Shown here piece by piece: positions 1 to 9,869 of a stretch of 64,000 nucleotides of DNA. Made by a program: the position numbers and the translations under genes. This stretch comes from an uncultured Actinomycetes bacterium (GTDB lineage Bacteria; Actinomycetota; Thermoleophilia; Solirubrobacterales; 70-9). Numbering within the stretch: the stretch's first letter is position 1; each line of letters opens with the position of its first letter. The DNA lies in NCBI GenBank assembly GCA_963714045.1, contig OY970225.1:1775877-1839876 (forward strand). Reading direction: 5' to 3'. Under the pieces are notes generated by a model. It saw only the letters and a list, made by a program, of their open reading frames with translations, was not told where the DNA came from and searched no databases.

Positions 1-1912
1 TCTTGACGACCTTGGCGGCGTTGTAGCGGTCGCCGACCTCGGCCTCGCGGGTCATCGAGTCGATGCGGGCGACGCAGGCCTCGACCAGTTCGCCGGTCGG
101 CGCGTAGATCCGCACCGTGCCGTCGTCCTCGACGTCGATCTCCGCTTCGAACTCCTCGCAGAGAGCGCGGATCGTTTCGCCGCCTTTGCCGATCACGGCG
201 CCGATCTTCTCCGGGTCGATCTTGATCGACTCGATCGCCGGCGCGTGCTGGGAGAGCTTCTCCCGCGGCCCGTCGATCGCCTCGGCCATCTTGCCGAGGA
301 TGAACATGCGGCCCTTGTTGGCCTGCTCCAGCGCGTCCTCGAGGATCTCGAAGGTGACGCCGGTGATCTTGATGTCCATCTGCAGGGCGGTGATCCCGTC
401 CTTGGTGCCGGCGACCTTGAAGTCCATGTCGCCGAGGTGATCCTCGACGCCGGCGATGTCGGTGAGGACGATGTAGTCGTCGCCCTCCTTGATCAGGCCC
501 ATCGCCACTCCGGCAACCGGGGCGCTGACCGGGACCCCCGCGGCCTGCAGGGCCATCGAGGAGGCGCAGACCGAGCCCATCGAGGAGGAGCCGTTGGACT
601 CGAGCGTCTCGGAGACCGCCCGGATCACGTACGGGAACGACTCTTCGTCGGGGACCGTCGCCAGCAGGGCCCGCTCGGCGAGCGCGCCGTGGCCGATGTC
701 ACGCCGCTTCGGGCCGCGCATGAAGCCCGCCTCCCCGACCGAGAAGGGCGGGAAGTTGTAGTGGTGCCAGAACCGCTTGGTGGTCTGCAGGCCGAGCGTG
801 TCGATCCGCATGTCCATCCGGGTCGTGCCCAGCGCCACGTTGGAGAGGATCTGGGTCTCGCCGCGGGTGAACAGGGCGGAGCCGTGCACGCGCGGGGAGA
901 CATCGACCTCGCACTCGATCGGACGGATCTCGTCCTGGGCGCGGCCGTCGGGGCGCTTCTTGTCGACGGCGATCGCCTTGCGGATCGTGTCCTTCTCGAT
1001 CGAGCCGAAGGCGGCCTTGACCTCGGCCACCCGCTTCTCGTCGGTCTCGCCGTCGTCGGAGGAGGGCGCGTACTTGGCGACCACCTCGTCCTTGACGGCG
1101 TCGATCGCCTCGTAGCGCTCGAGCTTGCCCTCGGTGGCGATCGCGTCGACCAGAGCCTGGCCGTGGGAGGAGCGGATCTCGTCGAGCAGGCCCTCGTCGA
1201 TGCTGGGCGCCTCGACCTCGATCTTCTCCTTGCCGGCCTTCTGCTGCAGCTCCTCCATCGCGGCGACGAGCTTCTTGATCTCGCCGTGGGCGATGTCGAG
1301 CGCGTCGAGGATCTCCTGCTCGGTGACGCCGGAGGCGCCGGCCTCGACCATCAGGATCGCCTCGTCGGTGCCGGCGACGATCAGGTCGAGCTCCAGCTCC
1401 TCGTGACGGTCCTCGGGCGGGTTGACGACGAAGTCGCCCTCGAGCTTGCCGATCCGCACCGCGCCGACGTGGGCGGCGACGGGAACCGGGGAGATCGCCA
1501 GCGCCGCGGAGGCGCCGTTCATCGCGAGGATGTCGTAGGGGTGCACCTGGTCGACCGACATCGGGATCGCGACCAGCTGGGTCTCGTAGTGCCAGCCCTT
1601 GGGGAAGAGCGGACGGATCGGCCGGTCGATCATGCGCGCGGTCAGCGTCGCCTTCTCGCTCGATTTGCCCTCGCGACGGAAGAACGAGCCGGGGATTTTG
1701 CCCGCGGCGTACATCCGCTCCTCGATGTCGACGGTGAGGGGAAGGAAGTCCACGTCGCGCAGGCTGCCGACGGTTGCGGTGCAGAGGACCATGGTGTCGC
1801 CGGCCTGGACCACGACCGCGCCACCCGCCTGCTTCGCGAGTTTGCCCGTCTCGAAGGAGATCTGGCTGTCGCCGACATCCACCGAGACTCGGCTTACGTC
1901 AAACATGCTCAT
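1..1912 (-). CDS. pnp: polyribonucleotide nucleotidyltransferase (PNPase), truncated by the left window edge
   Basis: Absent from the ORF track because it runs off the edge. The reverse complement from 1912 reads MSMFDVSRVSVDVGDSQISFETGKLAKQAGGAVVVQAGDTMVLCTATVGSLRDVDFLPLTVDIEERMYAAGKIPGSFFRREGK...RMIDRPIRPLFPKGWHYETQL, a typical PNPase N-terminus. The 245..2014 + ORF is its antisense shadow. Confidence 0.92.
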   Translation of the reverse strand, partial: MSMFDVSRVSVDVGDSQISFETGKLAKQAGGAVVVQAGDTMVLCTATVGSLRDVDFLPLTVDIEERMYAAGKIPGSFFRREGKSSEKATLTARMIDRPIRPLFPKGWHYETQLVAIPMSVDQVHPYDILAMNGASAALAISPVPVAAHVGAVRIGKLEGDFVVNPPEDRHEELELDLIVAGTDEAILMVEAGASGVTEQEILDALDIAHGEIKKLVAAMEELQQKAGKEKIEVEAPSIDEGLLDEIRSSHGQALVDAIATEGKLERYEAIDAVKDEVVAKYAPSSDDGETDEKRVAEVKAAFGSIEKDTIRKAIAVDKKRPDGRAQDEIRPIECEVDVSPRVHGSALFTRGETQILSNVALGTTRMDMRIDTLGLQTTKRFWHHYNFPPFSVGEAGFMRGPKRRDIGHGALAERALLATVPDEESFPYVIRAVSETLESNGSSSMGSVCASSMALQAAGVPVSAPVAGVAMGLIKEGDDYIVLTDIAGVEDHLGDMDFKVAGTKDGITALQMDIKITGVTFEILEDALEQANKGRMFILGKMAEAIDGPREKLSQHAPAIESIKIDPEKIGAVIGKGGETIRALCEEFEAEIDVEDDGTVRIYAPTGELVEACVARIDSMTREAEVGDRYNAAKVVK

Positions 1913-1979
1913 TTAGTTGTCCTACCTCCGGCCGCCCGGTTGGCGGCCATTCGCTTTTGTTCAGAACTCTCGTTCTCTT

Positions 1980-2432
1980 TCAGGCAAGAGAGTACACGGC
2001 GGGGGTCGAGGTGACCCCGGCGCGGATGCCGGACTCGAAATCGCGTCGCACCCGGGCCGCCGCGGCCGCGGAGCGGCGGTCGCGCTCAAAGCGCTCCAGA
2101 TCGAGCCCCAGCGCCCGCACCCGCTCCCACAGATGCGGGTCGTCGACGTGGCCGCGGTCGGCGTAGAGGGAGTCAACCATCGCGAAGAAGGCACCCTGGG
2201 CGCCGGCCGCCTCGGCCGCCGCGTGCAGCGCCGGCGAGCGCGGGTGCTTGCTGGCCACCGGGAAGTGGCGGAAGGCGATTGAGCCCGGCCGAGCGGCGAT
2301 CTCCGCCCAGGCGGCGGCACAGCGCGGGCAGCCGAGGTCGGCGTAGACGACCGTCCCCTCCCCCTCTCCGCGCACGTGATCCTCGGAGCCGAGCGGCGGC
2401 ACCGGAGCGCTGGTGAGGGGACCGGCGCTCAT
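1980..2432 (-). CDS. DsbA-family / thioredoxin-fold thiol-disulfide oxidoreductase
   Basis: 150 aa ORF with a CPRC (CxxC) motif in VVYADLGCPRCAAAW, plus a DsbA-like helical insert and C-terminal TSTPAVY. Confidence 0.7.
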   Translation of the reverse strand: MSAGPLTSAPVPPLGSEDHVRGEGEGTVVYADLGCPRCAAAWAEIAARPGSIAFRHFPVASKHPRSPALHAAAEAAGAQGAFFAMVDSLYADRGHVDDPHLWERVRALGLDLERFERDRRSAAAAARVRRDFESGIRAGVTSTPAVYSLA

Positions 2433-2445
2433 CTCGGGCTCCCGG

Positions 2446-2898
2446 CTAGGCGGCGAGCGCGTCGAAGATCAGGTTGGCGCCGGGAATCTCCAGCGGCGTC
2501 GGCGACTCGTGGACCCACTCGACCAGACCGTCCTCGCCGACGAGGACGAGCGAGCGGTTGGCGTGGCCGGTCTGCTCGATGTAGGCGCCGTAGGCCCGGG
2601 CGACCTCCCCCTTGGGCTCGAAGTCGGCGAGCAGCGGCGTGTCTATGCCGAGCTTCTCCTGGAAGGCCCTGTGGGCGAAGCCGCTGTCGACGCTGATGCC
2701 GATCATCCTCACGCCCTTTGCCTCGATCTCCGGCTTGACCTCCTGGTAGACCGAGAGCTGGTCGGAGCAGATCGGGCTGAAGTCGAGCGGGTAGAAGACC
2801 AGCAGCACCTTCTCGCCGCGAAAGTCGGCCAGGGAGACGGGCTCGCCGTCGGGGTCGCGCAGGGTGAAGTCGGGGGCCGGCTCGCCGGCGGCGATCAT
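2446..2898 (-). CDS. AhpE-like 1-Cys peroxiredoxin (AhpC/TSA family)
   Basis: 150 aa. APDFTLRD...[18 protein letters not shown] closely resembles mycobacterial AhpE. Its ATG overlaps the rpsO stop (ATGA at 2895-2898). Confidence 0.85.
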   Translation of the reverse strand: MIAAGEPAPDFTLRDPDGEPVSLADFRGEKVLLVFYPLDFSPICSDQLSVYQEVKPEIEAKGVRMIGISVDSGFAHRAFQEKLGIDTPLLADFEPKGEVARAYGAYIEQTGHANRSLVLVGEDGLVEWVHESPTPLEIPGANLIFDALAA

Positions 2899-3164
2899 CG
2901 ACGCAGGCCGAGGTCGGCGACCAGGGCGCGGTAGCGCTCAAGGTCCGTCCGCTCGAGGTAGCGCAGCATGCGGCGGCGCTTGCCGACCAGCATCAGCAGG
3001 CCGCGGCGAGAGTGGTGGTCCTTGCTGTGCGAGCGCAGGTGCTCGGTGAGTTCGTTGATCCGCTCGGTGGCGAGGGCGATCTGCACCTCGGCGGAACCGG
3101 TGTCGCCGTCGGCGCGGCCGTACTTGCCGATCAGCTCGCTCTTCTTTTCCTTGGTCAGGCTCAT
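2895..3164 (-). CDS. rpsO: 30S ribosomal protein S15
   Basis: [70 protein letters not shown], 89 aa. I use the internal ATG at 3164 rather than the ORF-track start at 3239. Confidence 0.95.
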   Translation of the reverse strand: MSLTKEKKSELIGKYGRADGDTGSAEVQIALATERINELTEHLRSHSKDHHSRRGLLMLVGKRRRMLRYLERTDLERYRALVADLGLRR

Positions 3165-3192
3165 CTCACAAAAGCGCCGTGCACCCGGGGGG

Positions 3193-4095
3193 TCACGGCC
3201 GCTGGAAGCTAGCACAGACGCGCTTGGCGTCATCGACATCGCGCCGCATCTGGGCGACCAGCTCCTCGGCGCTCGGGAAGCGCTTCTCCCCCCGCAGCCG
3301 GGCGACGAAGGCGACCCGCAGGCTCCTGCCGTAAAGGTCGTCGTCGCGGTCGATCAGGTGGGTCTCGACCAGGACCCCGCGGCCGCTCTCGAAGGTCGGC
3401 CGGACGCCGACGTTGACCGCGGCCGGGACGCCGTCGGCGAAGGCCGCGTAGACGCCGTGGCCGGGGATCGCGAGGGTGTCGTCGGGGACGAAGTTCGCGG
3501 TCGGAAAGCCGAGCTCGCGACCGCGTTGGTCGCCCTCGATGACGACGCCCTCGACCATGAAGGGGGCGCCGAGGCAGCGCCGCGCGCCTTCCATGTCCCC
3601 GGCGGCCACAAGGGCCCTGATCCGGGTCGAGGAGACGGTCTCGCCGTCGACCTCGACCAGCGGCACGACGCGGGTCTCGAACTCCCCGCGGGAGGCCAGC
3701 ATCTCCGGGTCGCCCTTGGCCCTGGCGCCGAAGCGGAAGTTCTCCCCGACCGAGACCTTCTCCGCTCCGAGCCGCTCGACCAGCACCTGCTCGACGAAGT
3801 CCTCGGCGGGCAGGGTGGCGAAGCTCCGGTCGAAGGGGATCACGACCAGCTCCTCGACCCCGAGCCCCTCGATCACGTCGCGCTTGACCGTGAAGGGCAT
3901 GATCAGCTTCGGCAGCGCCGCCGGGTGGAGAATCGCCAGCGGGTGTGGGTCGAAGGTGAGGACGGTGTCGGCGTCGTCGATCACCGCCTGGTGGCCGAGG
4001 TGTACCCCGTCGAAGGTGCCGATGGCGACGTGGCGCGGCCGCGGCTCTGCGTCGGGCAGGAAAGTGACCCGGATGCTCGCCCCCCGCGCCCTCAC
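3193..4095 (-). CDS. ribF: bifunctional riboflavin kinase / FMN adenylyltransferase
   Basis: [15 protein letters not shown] and GFPTAN motifs. GTG start at 4095 overlaps the truB stop (GTGA). The upstream part of the 484 aa ORF is an Arg-rich out-of-frame read through truB. Confidence 0.9.
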   Translation of the reverse strand: MRARGASIRVTFLPDAEPRPRHVAIGTFDGVHLGHQAVIDDADTVLTFDPHPLAILHPAALPKLIMPFTVKRDVIEGLGVEELVVIPFDRSFATLPAEDFVEQVLVERLGAEKVSVGENFRFGARAKGDPEMLASRGEFETRVVPLVEVDGETVSSTRIRALVAAGDMEGARRCLGAPFMVEGVVIEGDQRGRELGFPTANFVPDDTLAIPGHGVYAAFADGVPAAVNVGVRPTFESGRGVLVETHLIDRDDDLYGRSLRVAFVARLRGEKRFPSAEELVAQMRRDVDDAKRVCASFQRP

Positions 4096-4745
4096 CGCAG
4101 CGCCGCCTCCACGGCGGGCACCAGCTCGGCGACGCGCCCGGCCTCGATCTCCTCGCCGGCGTCCTCGACGCGAAAGGGGCCGACGGCGGTCCGGCGCAGC
4201 TCGGCGCAGTAGGCGTCGCCGAGGGTCTCTATGAGAGTCCGCACGTAGGTCCCGGTCGAGCACTCGATCTCGTAGCGGGCGAGCCCGTCGCCGCTGGAGA
4301 GCAGCTCGGCGCGGTGGACCTCGACGTCGCGCTCGGGCGTCTCCACGGTTTCGCCGCGGTGCGCCTTCCTGTAGAGGCGCTCGCCGCCGACCCGCACCGC
4401 CGAGGTCATCGGCACCCGCTGGCGGACAGTGCCGATCGGCAGCTCCAGGGACTCCGGCACCGCGCCGGTCTCGGTCAGCTCGCCGTCGGGGTCGCCGGTG
4501 CTGGAGCGCCAGCCGAGCCTGGCGCACGCCAGATAGGTCTTCGGCAGACCGACCAGGAAGCGCTGCAGGCGCGTGGCGCGGCCGAGCAGGATCAGCAGCA
4601 GGCCGGTCGCGAACGGGTCGAGGGTGCCGGCGTGACCGGCCTTGCAACCGCGCTCGCGGCGGACCCTGGCGACGATGTCGTGCGAGGTGACCCCCGCCGG
4701 CTTGTCGTAGAGCAGCACCGCCCCCGCGGAATCGTCGTCGGCCAT
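4092..4745 (-). CDS. truB: tRNA pseudouridine(55) synthase TruB
   Basis: LLYDKPAGVTSHDIV...GHAGTLDPFATGLL motif. Conserved position between nrnA/rbfA and ribF. Confidence 0.92.
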   Translation of the reverse strand: MADDDSAGAVLLYDKPAGVTSHDIVARVRRERGCKAGHAGTLDPFATGLLLILLGRATRLQRFLVGLPKTYLACARLGWRSSTGDPDGELTETGAVPESLELPIGTVRQRVPMTSAVRVGGERLYRKAHRGETVETPERDVEVHRAELLSSGDGLARYEIECSTGTYVRTLIETLGDAYCAELRRTAVGPFRVEDAGEEIEAGRVAELVPAVEAALR

Positions 4746-4749
4746 CGCC

Positions 4750-5745
4750 TCAGAGCCCCAGCTGGGAGGTGACCTCGCCGCAGAGGAAGTCGACCAGCTC
4801 GTCGAGCTCGAGGTCGGTGGAGAAGCCGGCGGCGCGCTTGTGCCCCCCTCCCCCGTGCTTGCGGGCGATCGCCGAGACGTCGACGTCGCCTTCGCTGGAG
4901 CGGAGGCTGACCTTGCGGGCGGCGCGGCCGCGGTTGCCGAGATCGCGGATCACGGCGGCGACCTTGGTGTCCTCGATCGAGCGCAGGTGGTCGATCACGC
5001 CCTCGGTCATCTCCTCGCCGGCACCCGTCTCCGCGTAGTCGGCGGCGGTGATGTAGCTGAGCGCCAAGCGGTCGCCGCAGAGGCGCTGGATCCCGTCGAG
5101 TGCCCGCGCGACCAGGCGCAGCTTCTCGATCGGGACGTGCTCGTAGAGGCGCCGGTAGGTGTCGTCGATGTCGACGCCGGCTTCGACCAGCGCCGCCGCC
5201 ACCCGGTGGGTGTGGGCGTTGGTGTTCTCGTACATGAATTTGCCGGTGTCGGTGATCAGGCCGACGTAGAGCGCCGCGGCCATCTCGGCGCCGATCTCGG
5301 CGCCGAGCAGGATGGCGAGGTCGTAGACGATCTCGGCCGTGCAGGAGGCGCCGACGTCGACCAGGTTGAAGTCGCCGAAGCGGGTGTTGTCGTGGTGATG
5401 GTCGATGTTGATCAGGTCGTTGCCGCCCTCGGTCAGGAAGTCGACCGGCATGCGGTCGATGTTGCCGCAGTCGAGGAAGACGACGGTGCGGTCGGCCATG
5501 TCGGCCGGCGGCTCGTGGAAGACCTCCTCCAGCGGCAGGAAGCGGTACTCGATCGGCAGCGGGAACTCCTTGGCGGCGAGGAACATCACCGAGTCCTTGC
5601 CGAGCTGGGTCAGCAGGCGATGCATCCCCAGCAGCGAGCCGAGGGCGTCGCCGTCGGGCCCCTCGTGAGCGGTCAGCAGGAAGCGGTCGCGGGCGCGCAG
5701 CTCGGCGACGACCCGCTCCAGGTCCGAGGTCGCGACCGCGCTCAT
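4750..5745 (-). CDS. nrnA: DHH-family bifunctional oligoribonuclease / pAp phosphatase NrnA
   Basis: DGDALGS, DHHHDN and GGGH motifs. 331 aa. Confidence 0.85.
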   Translation of the reverse strand: MSAVATSDLERVVAELRARDRFLLTAHEGPDGDALGSLLGMHRLLTQLGKDSVMFLAAKEFPLPIEYRFLPLEEVFHEPPADMADRTVVFLDCGNIDRMPVDFLTEGGNDLINIDHHHDNTRFGDFNLVDVGASCTAEIVYDLAILLGAEIGAEMAAALYVGLITDTGKFMYENTNAHTHRVAAALVEAGVDIDDTYRRLYEHVPIEKLRLVARALDGIQRLCGDRLALSYITAADYAETGAGEEMTEGVIDHLRSIEDTKVAAVIRDLGNRGRAARKVSLRSSEGDVDVSAIARKHGGGGHKRAAGFSTDLELDELVDFLCGEVTSQLGL

Positions 5746-6092
5746 GCTCCCCGCTCCGGCTCTTCCTCCAACAGGCGGGAGATCCGCACCCCCTGCTCGA
5801 TCGTGTCGTCGTAGTGGAAGCTCAGCGTCGGCGTCCGCTTCATCCGCGTCTCGACGGCGATCCGCGTCTGCAGCACGCCGTGGGAGGAGCGCAGGCCGGC
5901 GAGCGTCTCCTCGCGATCCTCGCCGCTTCCGAGCACGCTGACGTACACCTTTGCGGTGCGCAGGTCGGGGCTGGTCTCAACCGAGGTCACGGTGACGAAG
6001 CCAATGCGGGGGTCGCTCAGGTCGCTGGAGATCGCGGCGCCTACGACCTCGCGCAGCACCTCGTTGATGCGACGCATGCGAGGGCCGGGCAT
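5742..6092 (-). CDS. rbfA: ribosome-binding factor A
   Basis: RRINEVLREVV...FVTVTSVETSPDLRTAKVYVSVLG. Lies downstream of infB. Confidence 0.9.
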   Translation of the reverse strand: MPGPRMRRINEVLREVVGAAISSDLSDPRIGFVTVTSVETSPDLRTAKVYVSVLGSGEDREETLAGLRSSHGVLQTRIAVETRMKRTPTLSFHYDDTIEQGVRISRLLEEEPERGA

Positions 6093-6096
6093 CCTA

Positions 6097-8259
6097 TTAC
6101 TCCAGGGTCTGCTCGACCTGCTTGGTCTGGAAGAACTCGAGCACGTCCTCCTCCTTTACGTCAGCGTAGCCCTCGAGCACGATGCCGCACTCCTGCCCTT
6201 CCTCGACCTCCTGCACGTTGTCTTTGAAACGGCGCAGGGAACCGAGCTTGCCGGTCCAGATGACCGTCCCCTGGCGGACCAGGCGGACACCCGCGGTGCG
6301 GCTGGCCTTGCCCTCGGTGACGATGCAGCCGGCGATGCGACCGACCTTGGAGGCCTTGAAGGTCTGTTTGACCTCGGCCTCACCGACCGCCTCCTCGACC
6401 TCGACGGCCTCCAGCAGGCCCTCCATCGCGTTGCGCAGATCCTCGGTGATTTTGTAGATGACCGAGTAGGTGCGGACGTCGACGCCCTCGCGCTCGGCGG
6501 CGCGGCGGGCATCGGCCAGAGGCCGCACGTTGAAGCCGATGATGATCGCGTCGGAGGCCGAGGCCAGCATCACGTCGGACTCGTTGATGCCGCCGGTCTG
6601 GGAGTGGATGATGTTGATCGCGACGCGCTCCTGCGGGACCTTGGCGATCTCGTCCTGGAGCGCCTCGAGCGAGCCGGCGACGTCGGCCTTGAGGACGATG
6701 TCGAGCTCCTTGATGTCGCCCTCCTGGACCCGGGCGAAGACCTCGTCGAGGCTGACCTTGCGAGCCTGGCGGCGGGCCAGGGCCTCGGTCTTGAGCCGGT
6801 TCGCGCGCTCCTGGGCGAGCTGGCGCGCCTGGCGGTCGCTCTCGACTGCCTGCACGAACTCGCCGGCGTCGCTGACGCCGTCGAAGCCGAGCACCTCGAC
6901 CGGCATCCCCGGGTCGGCGGCCTCGACCCGCTCGCCGGTGAAGTCCTGCATCGCCCGCACCCGGCCCCACTGCGGGCCGGCGACAAGCGAGTCGCCGACC
7001 CTGAGCGTGCCGCGCTGGACCAGGACGGTCACCACGGGCCCGCGGCCGGGGTCAAGCTGGGACTCGATCACGGTGCCGGAAGCCGGCGCGTCGGGATTGG
7101 CGGCGAGCTCCTCGAGCTCGGTGACGAGCAGGATCATGTCGAGCAGGTTGTCGAGCCCCTCGTGGGTCTTGGCCGAGACCTCGCAGAAGACGGTGTCCCC
7201 GCCCCACTCCTCCGGCGAGATGCCCTCCTGGGCGAGCTCGGTGCGGACCCGTTCCGGGTTGGCGCCCTCTTTGTCGATCTTGTTGACGGCGATCAGCATC
7301 GGCACGTCGGCGGCGCGGGCGTGGTCGATCGCCTCCTTGGTCTGGGGCATGACGCCGTCGTCGGCGGCGACCACCACCACGGCGACGTCGGTGACCTTGG
7401 CGCCGCGGGCGCGCATCGCGGTGAAGGCGGCGTGGCCGGGCGTGTCGAGGAAGGTGATCGTCTTCTCGCCTTTGTGGACCTGGTAGGCGCCGATGTGCTG
7501 GGTGATACCGCCGGCCTCCCCGGCCGCGACCTCGGTCTCGCGGATCGCGTCCAGGAGCGAGGTCTTGCCGTGGTCGACGTGGCCCATGATCGTGACCACC
7601 GGCGGGCGGGCGACGAGGTCCTCTTCGGAGTCGGAGAACTGCGGCTCCTCGGGCTCCTCCTCGGCGGCGGTGACGATCTCCAGCTTGCGGTCGTACTCGT
7701 CGGCGATCGCCCGCACCGACTCGTCGGTCAGGGTCTGGGTGAGGGTCGCCATCTCCCCCATCATCATCAGTTTTTTGATCACCTCGGCCGGGGCCAGGCC
7801 GAGCGACTCGGCGACCTCGCGCACGGTCGCGCCGGAGTTGACCTTGGTCGCCTCGGGCTCGGCCGGCGAGGCCGGGCTCGCCGGCGGCTCCTCGAGCAGG
7901 GGCCGGCGGCGGCGGCCGCCACGGCGGCGGGGCGGGCGCTGCGGTGGTGGGCCACCCATCTGGTCACGGCGGGCGGCCTGGGAGTCGATCACGACACGGC
8001 GTTTTTTGGCGCCACCCGCCGGTCGCGCCGGTTTGGTCGAGGCCTGGGCTTTGGCGGCGGGCGCGGCGGCGGGCTTGGCGGCCGGCGCCGCCTTGCCGCC
8101 ATCGCCCCTGGCGGCCGCGATCGCCTTCACCGCATCGCCCTCCTCGACGCTCGACGCCGCGGCTTTCGCCTCGACGCCGGCGGCCTTCAGTGCCGCCAAC
8201 AGCTCCTTGCTGCTGACGCCCTGCGCCTTGGCGATCTCGTGAACCCGCTTCTTAGCCAC
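6097..8259 (-). CDS. infB: translation initiation factor IF-2
   Basis: 720 aa with the [13 protein letters not shown]-domain. GTG start at 8259 overlaps the nusA stop by 1 nt. Confidence 0.97.
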   Translation of the reverse strand: MAKKRVHEIAKAQGVSSKELLAALKAAGVEAKAAASSVEEGDAVKAIAAARGDGGKAAPAAKPAAAPAAKAQASTKPARPAGGAKKRRVVIDSQAARRDQMGGPPPQRPPRRRGGRRRRPLLEEPPASPASPAEPEATKVNSGATVREVAESLGLAPAEVIKKLMMMGEMATLTQTLTDESVRAIADEYDRKLEIVTAAEEEPEEPQFSDSEEDLVARPPVVTIMGHVDHGKTSLLDAIRETEVAAGEAGGITQHIGAYQVHKGEKTITFLDTPGHAAFTAMRARGAKVTDVAVVVVAADDGVMPQTKEAIDHARAADVPMLIAVNKIDKEGANPERVRTELAQEGISPEEWGGDTVFCEVSAKTHEGLDNLLDMILLVTELEELAANPDAPASGTVIESQLDPGRGPVVTVLVQRGTLRVGDSLVAGPQWGRVRAMQDFTGERVEAADPGMPVEVLGFDGVSDAGEFVQAVESDRQARQLAQERANRLKTEALARRQARKVSLDEVFARVQEGDIKELDIVLKADVAGSLEALQDEIAKVPQERVAINIIHSQTGGINESDVMLASASDAIIIGFNVRPLADARRAAEREGVDVRTYSVIYKITEDLRNAMEGLLEAVEVEEAVGEAEVKQTFKASKVGRIAGCIVTEGKASRTAGVRLVRQGTVIWTGKLGSLRRFKDNVQEVEEGQECGIVLEGYADVKEEDVLEFFQTKQVEQTLE

Positions 8260-9869
8260 TAGGCCTGCTCAGCCTCCTCGGCCGCGGGCTCGGCCTCTTC
8301 TTCCTCGGCGGCCTCCTCAGCGGCCTCTTCCTCGGCCGCCTGCTCGACAGCCTCCTCCTCGATGTCCTCGGCGATCGCCTTCTCGACGATCTCCTCTTCG
8401 AGAGTCTCCTCGTCTTCGACGACCTCCGCCGCCTTCTCGACGATCTCCTCCGCGACCTCCTCGGCCACGGCCTCCTCGACGATCTCCTCCTCCGCTGACT
8501 CCTCGACGAAGTTTGCGGAAGCTCGCTCGACGATCTCGTCGACCTGGCCCTGGTCGGCGTCGGGGTCGGCGAGGATCGCCAGCTCCGTCTCGGAGATGTC
8601 GGCGAGGACCGCGACCTGGCTGGTCTCGAAGCGGGTCAGCGCCTGGTGCGACGGCAGGCCGCAGTAGGTGGAGCCGGGGACGGCGGCATTGGGGCAGCGG
8701 CGGCCGTTGGAGAGGACCGCCATGCAGCGACCGTCGGACTGCTCCTCGCCCTCGTACTCGATCTCGGTTTCCTCGGAGGCGAACTCGGTCTCGGACTTGA
8801 TGTCGACCCGCCAGCCGGTCAGGCGGGCGGCGAGGCGGGCGTTCTGGCCGTCGCGGCCGATCGCCAGCGAGAGCTGGTCGTCGGGGACGATCACCGTCGC
8901 CTGGCGCTCCTCGTCGTCGACGATCACCTCGCGCACCCGCGCCGGCGAGAGCGCTTTGGCGACGAAGCGGGCGGGCTCGTCGTTGTGGGGGATGATGTCG
9001 ATCTTCTCGCCGCGCAGCTCGGAGACGACCATCCGCACCCGCGAGCCGCGCGGGCCGACGCAGGCGCCGACCGGATCGACCCCGTCGGCGTGGGAGACGA
9101 CGGCGATCTTCGAGCGGTAGCCGGGCTCGCGGGCGACGCCGACGATCTCCACCAGCTTGTCGGCGATCTCCGGCACCTCGAGCTCGAATAGGCTCTTGAT
9201 CAGCTCGGGACTGCGGCGGGAGACGACGATCGCCGGGCCTTTGGTCGAGTCGGAGACGTCGGTGATGACCGCCTTGACCCGCATCCCGTGGTCGTAGCGC
9301 TCGTTGTAGACCTGCTCGGACTTGGGCAGCAGCGCCTCGACCCGCTCGCGCAGCTGGACCAGCGTGTAGCGCTTGTCGGACTGCTGGATGATGCCGGTGA
9401 TCAGCTCGCCGACGCGGTCCTGGTACTCGTCGTACATCATCTGCCGCTCGGCCTCGCGGATCCGCTGCAGGATCACCTGCTTGGCGGTCTGGGCGGCGAT
9501 CCGGCCGAAGTCTTCGGGGGTGACGTCGCGGGTGGTGATCTGGCTCTCGTAGGGAGCGATCATCTCCGGGTCGAGCTCGGGGTCCTCGGGCTCGCGCATC
9601 TCCCCCGTCTCCGGGTCGATCTCGGGCTCCTCCTGCAGCTCGGCGGCCTCGGCGAGAAGCTTCTCCTCCAGCTCCGGCGGCAGGATCAGTTCGAAGACGC
9701 GGAAATCGCCGGTCTCGTGGTCGAGGTCGACGCGGGCGTATTTGGCGGCGCCGGGGGTTTTCCTGTAGGCCGAGAGCAGGGCATCCTCGAGGGCGTCCAT
9801 CAGCTTGTCGGCGGAGATTCCCTTCTCCTGCTCGAGCGCTTTGACTGCGTCGACGATCTCCTTGCTCAC
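8259..9869 (-). CDS. nusA: transcription termination/antitermination factor NusA, with an atypical C-terminal Cys/His cluster and polyacidic tail
   Basis: GTG at 9869 (VSKEIVDAVKALEQEKGIS...) overlaps the rimP stop (GTGA). S1 and KH regions are present (GPAIVVSRRSPELI, GACVGPRGSRV, LAIGRDGQNARLA). 536 aa. The rest of the 719 aa ORF upstream is read-through of rimP and the spacer in another frame. Confidence 0.93.
   Translation of the reverse strand: MSKEIVDAVKALEQEKGISADKLMDALEDALLSAYRKTPGAAKYARVDLDHETGDFRVFELILPPELEEKLLAEAAELQEEPEIDPETGEMREPEDPELDPEMIAPYESQITTRDVTPEDFGRIAAQTAKQVILQRIREAERQMMYDEYQDRVGELITGIIQQSDKRYTLVQLRERVEALLPKSEQVYNERYDHGMRVKAVITDVSDSTKGPAIVVSRRSPELIKSLFELEVPEIADKLVEIVGVAREPGYRSKIAVVSHADGVDPVGACVGPRGSRVRMVVSELRGEKIDIIPHNDEPARFVAKALSPARVREVIVDDEERQATVIVPDDQLSLAIGRDGQNARLAARLTGWRVDIKSETEFASEETEIEYEGEEQSDGRCMAVLSNGRRCPNAAVPGSTYCGLPSHQALTRFETSQVAVLADISETELAILADPDADQGQVDEIVERASANFVEESAEEEIVEEAVAEEVAEEIVEKAAEVVEDEETLEEEIVEKAIAEDIEEEAVEQAAEEEAAEEAAEEEEAEPAAEEAEQA

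Noticed and set aside
5956-8262. Very long ORFs antisense to real genes. Examples: 245..2014 +, 5956..8262 +, 15676..19038 +, 38312..40237 +, 40309..43428 +, 35293..37743 -.
   Set aside because: Their translations are Arg/Gly/Asp/Pro-rich low-complexity sequence with no recognisable motifs. Each exactly shadows a strongly supported gene (pnp, infB, carB/carA, recJ, secDF, rel). Stop-codon-poor frames like these are expected in very GC-rich DNA.
8262-8510. Short periodic DNA repeats that might suggest a CRISPR or VNTR (the nusA acidic tail; also 57430..57657).
   Set aside because: Both lie in frame inside ORFs and encode low-complexity or repeat protein segments. There is no repeat-spacer architecture and no cas genes.
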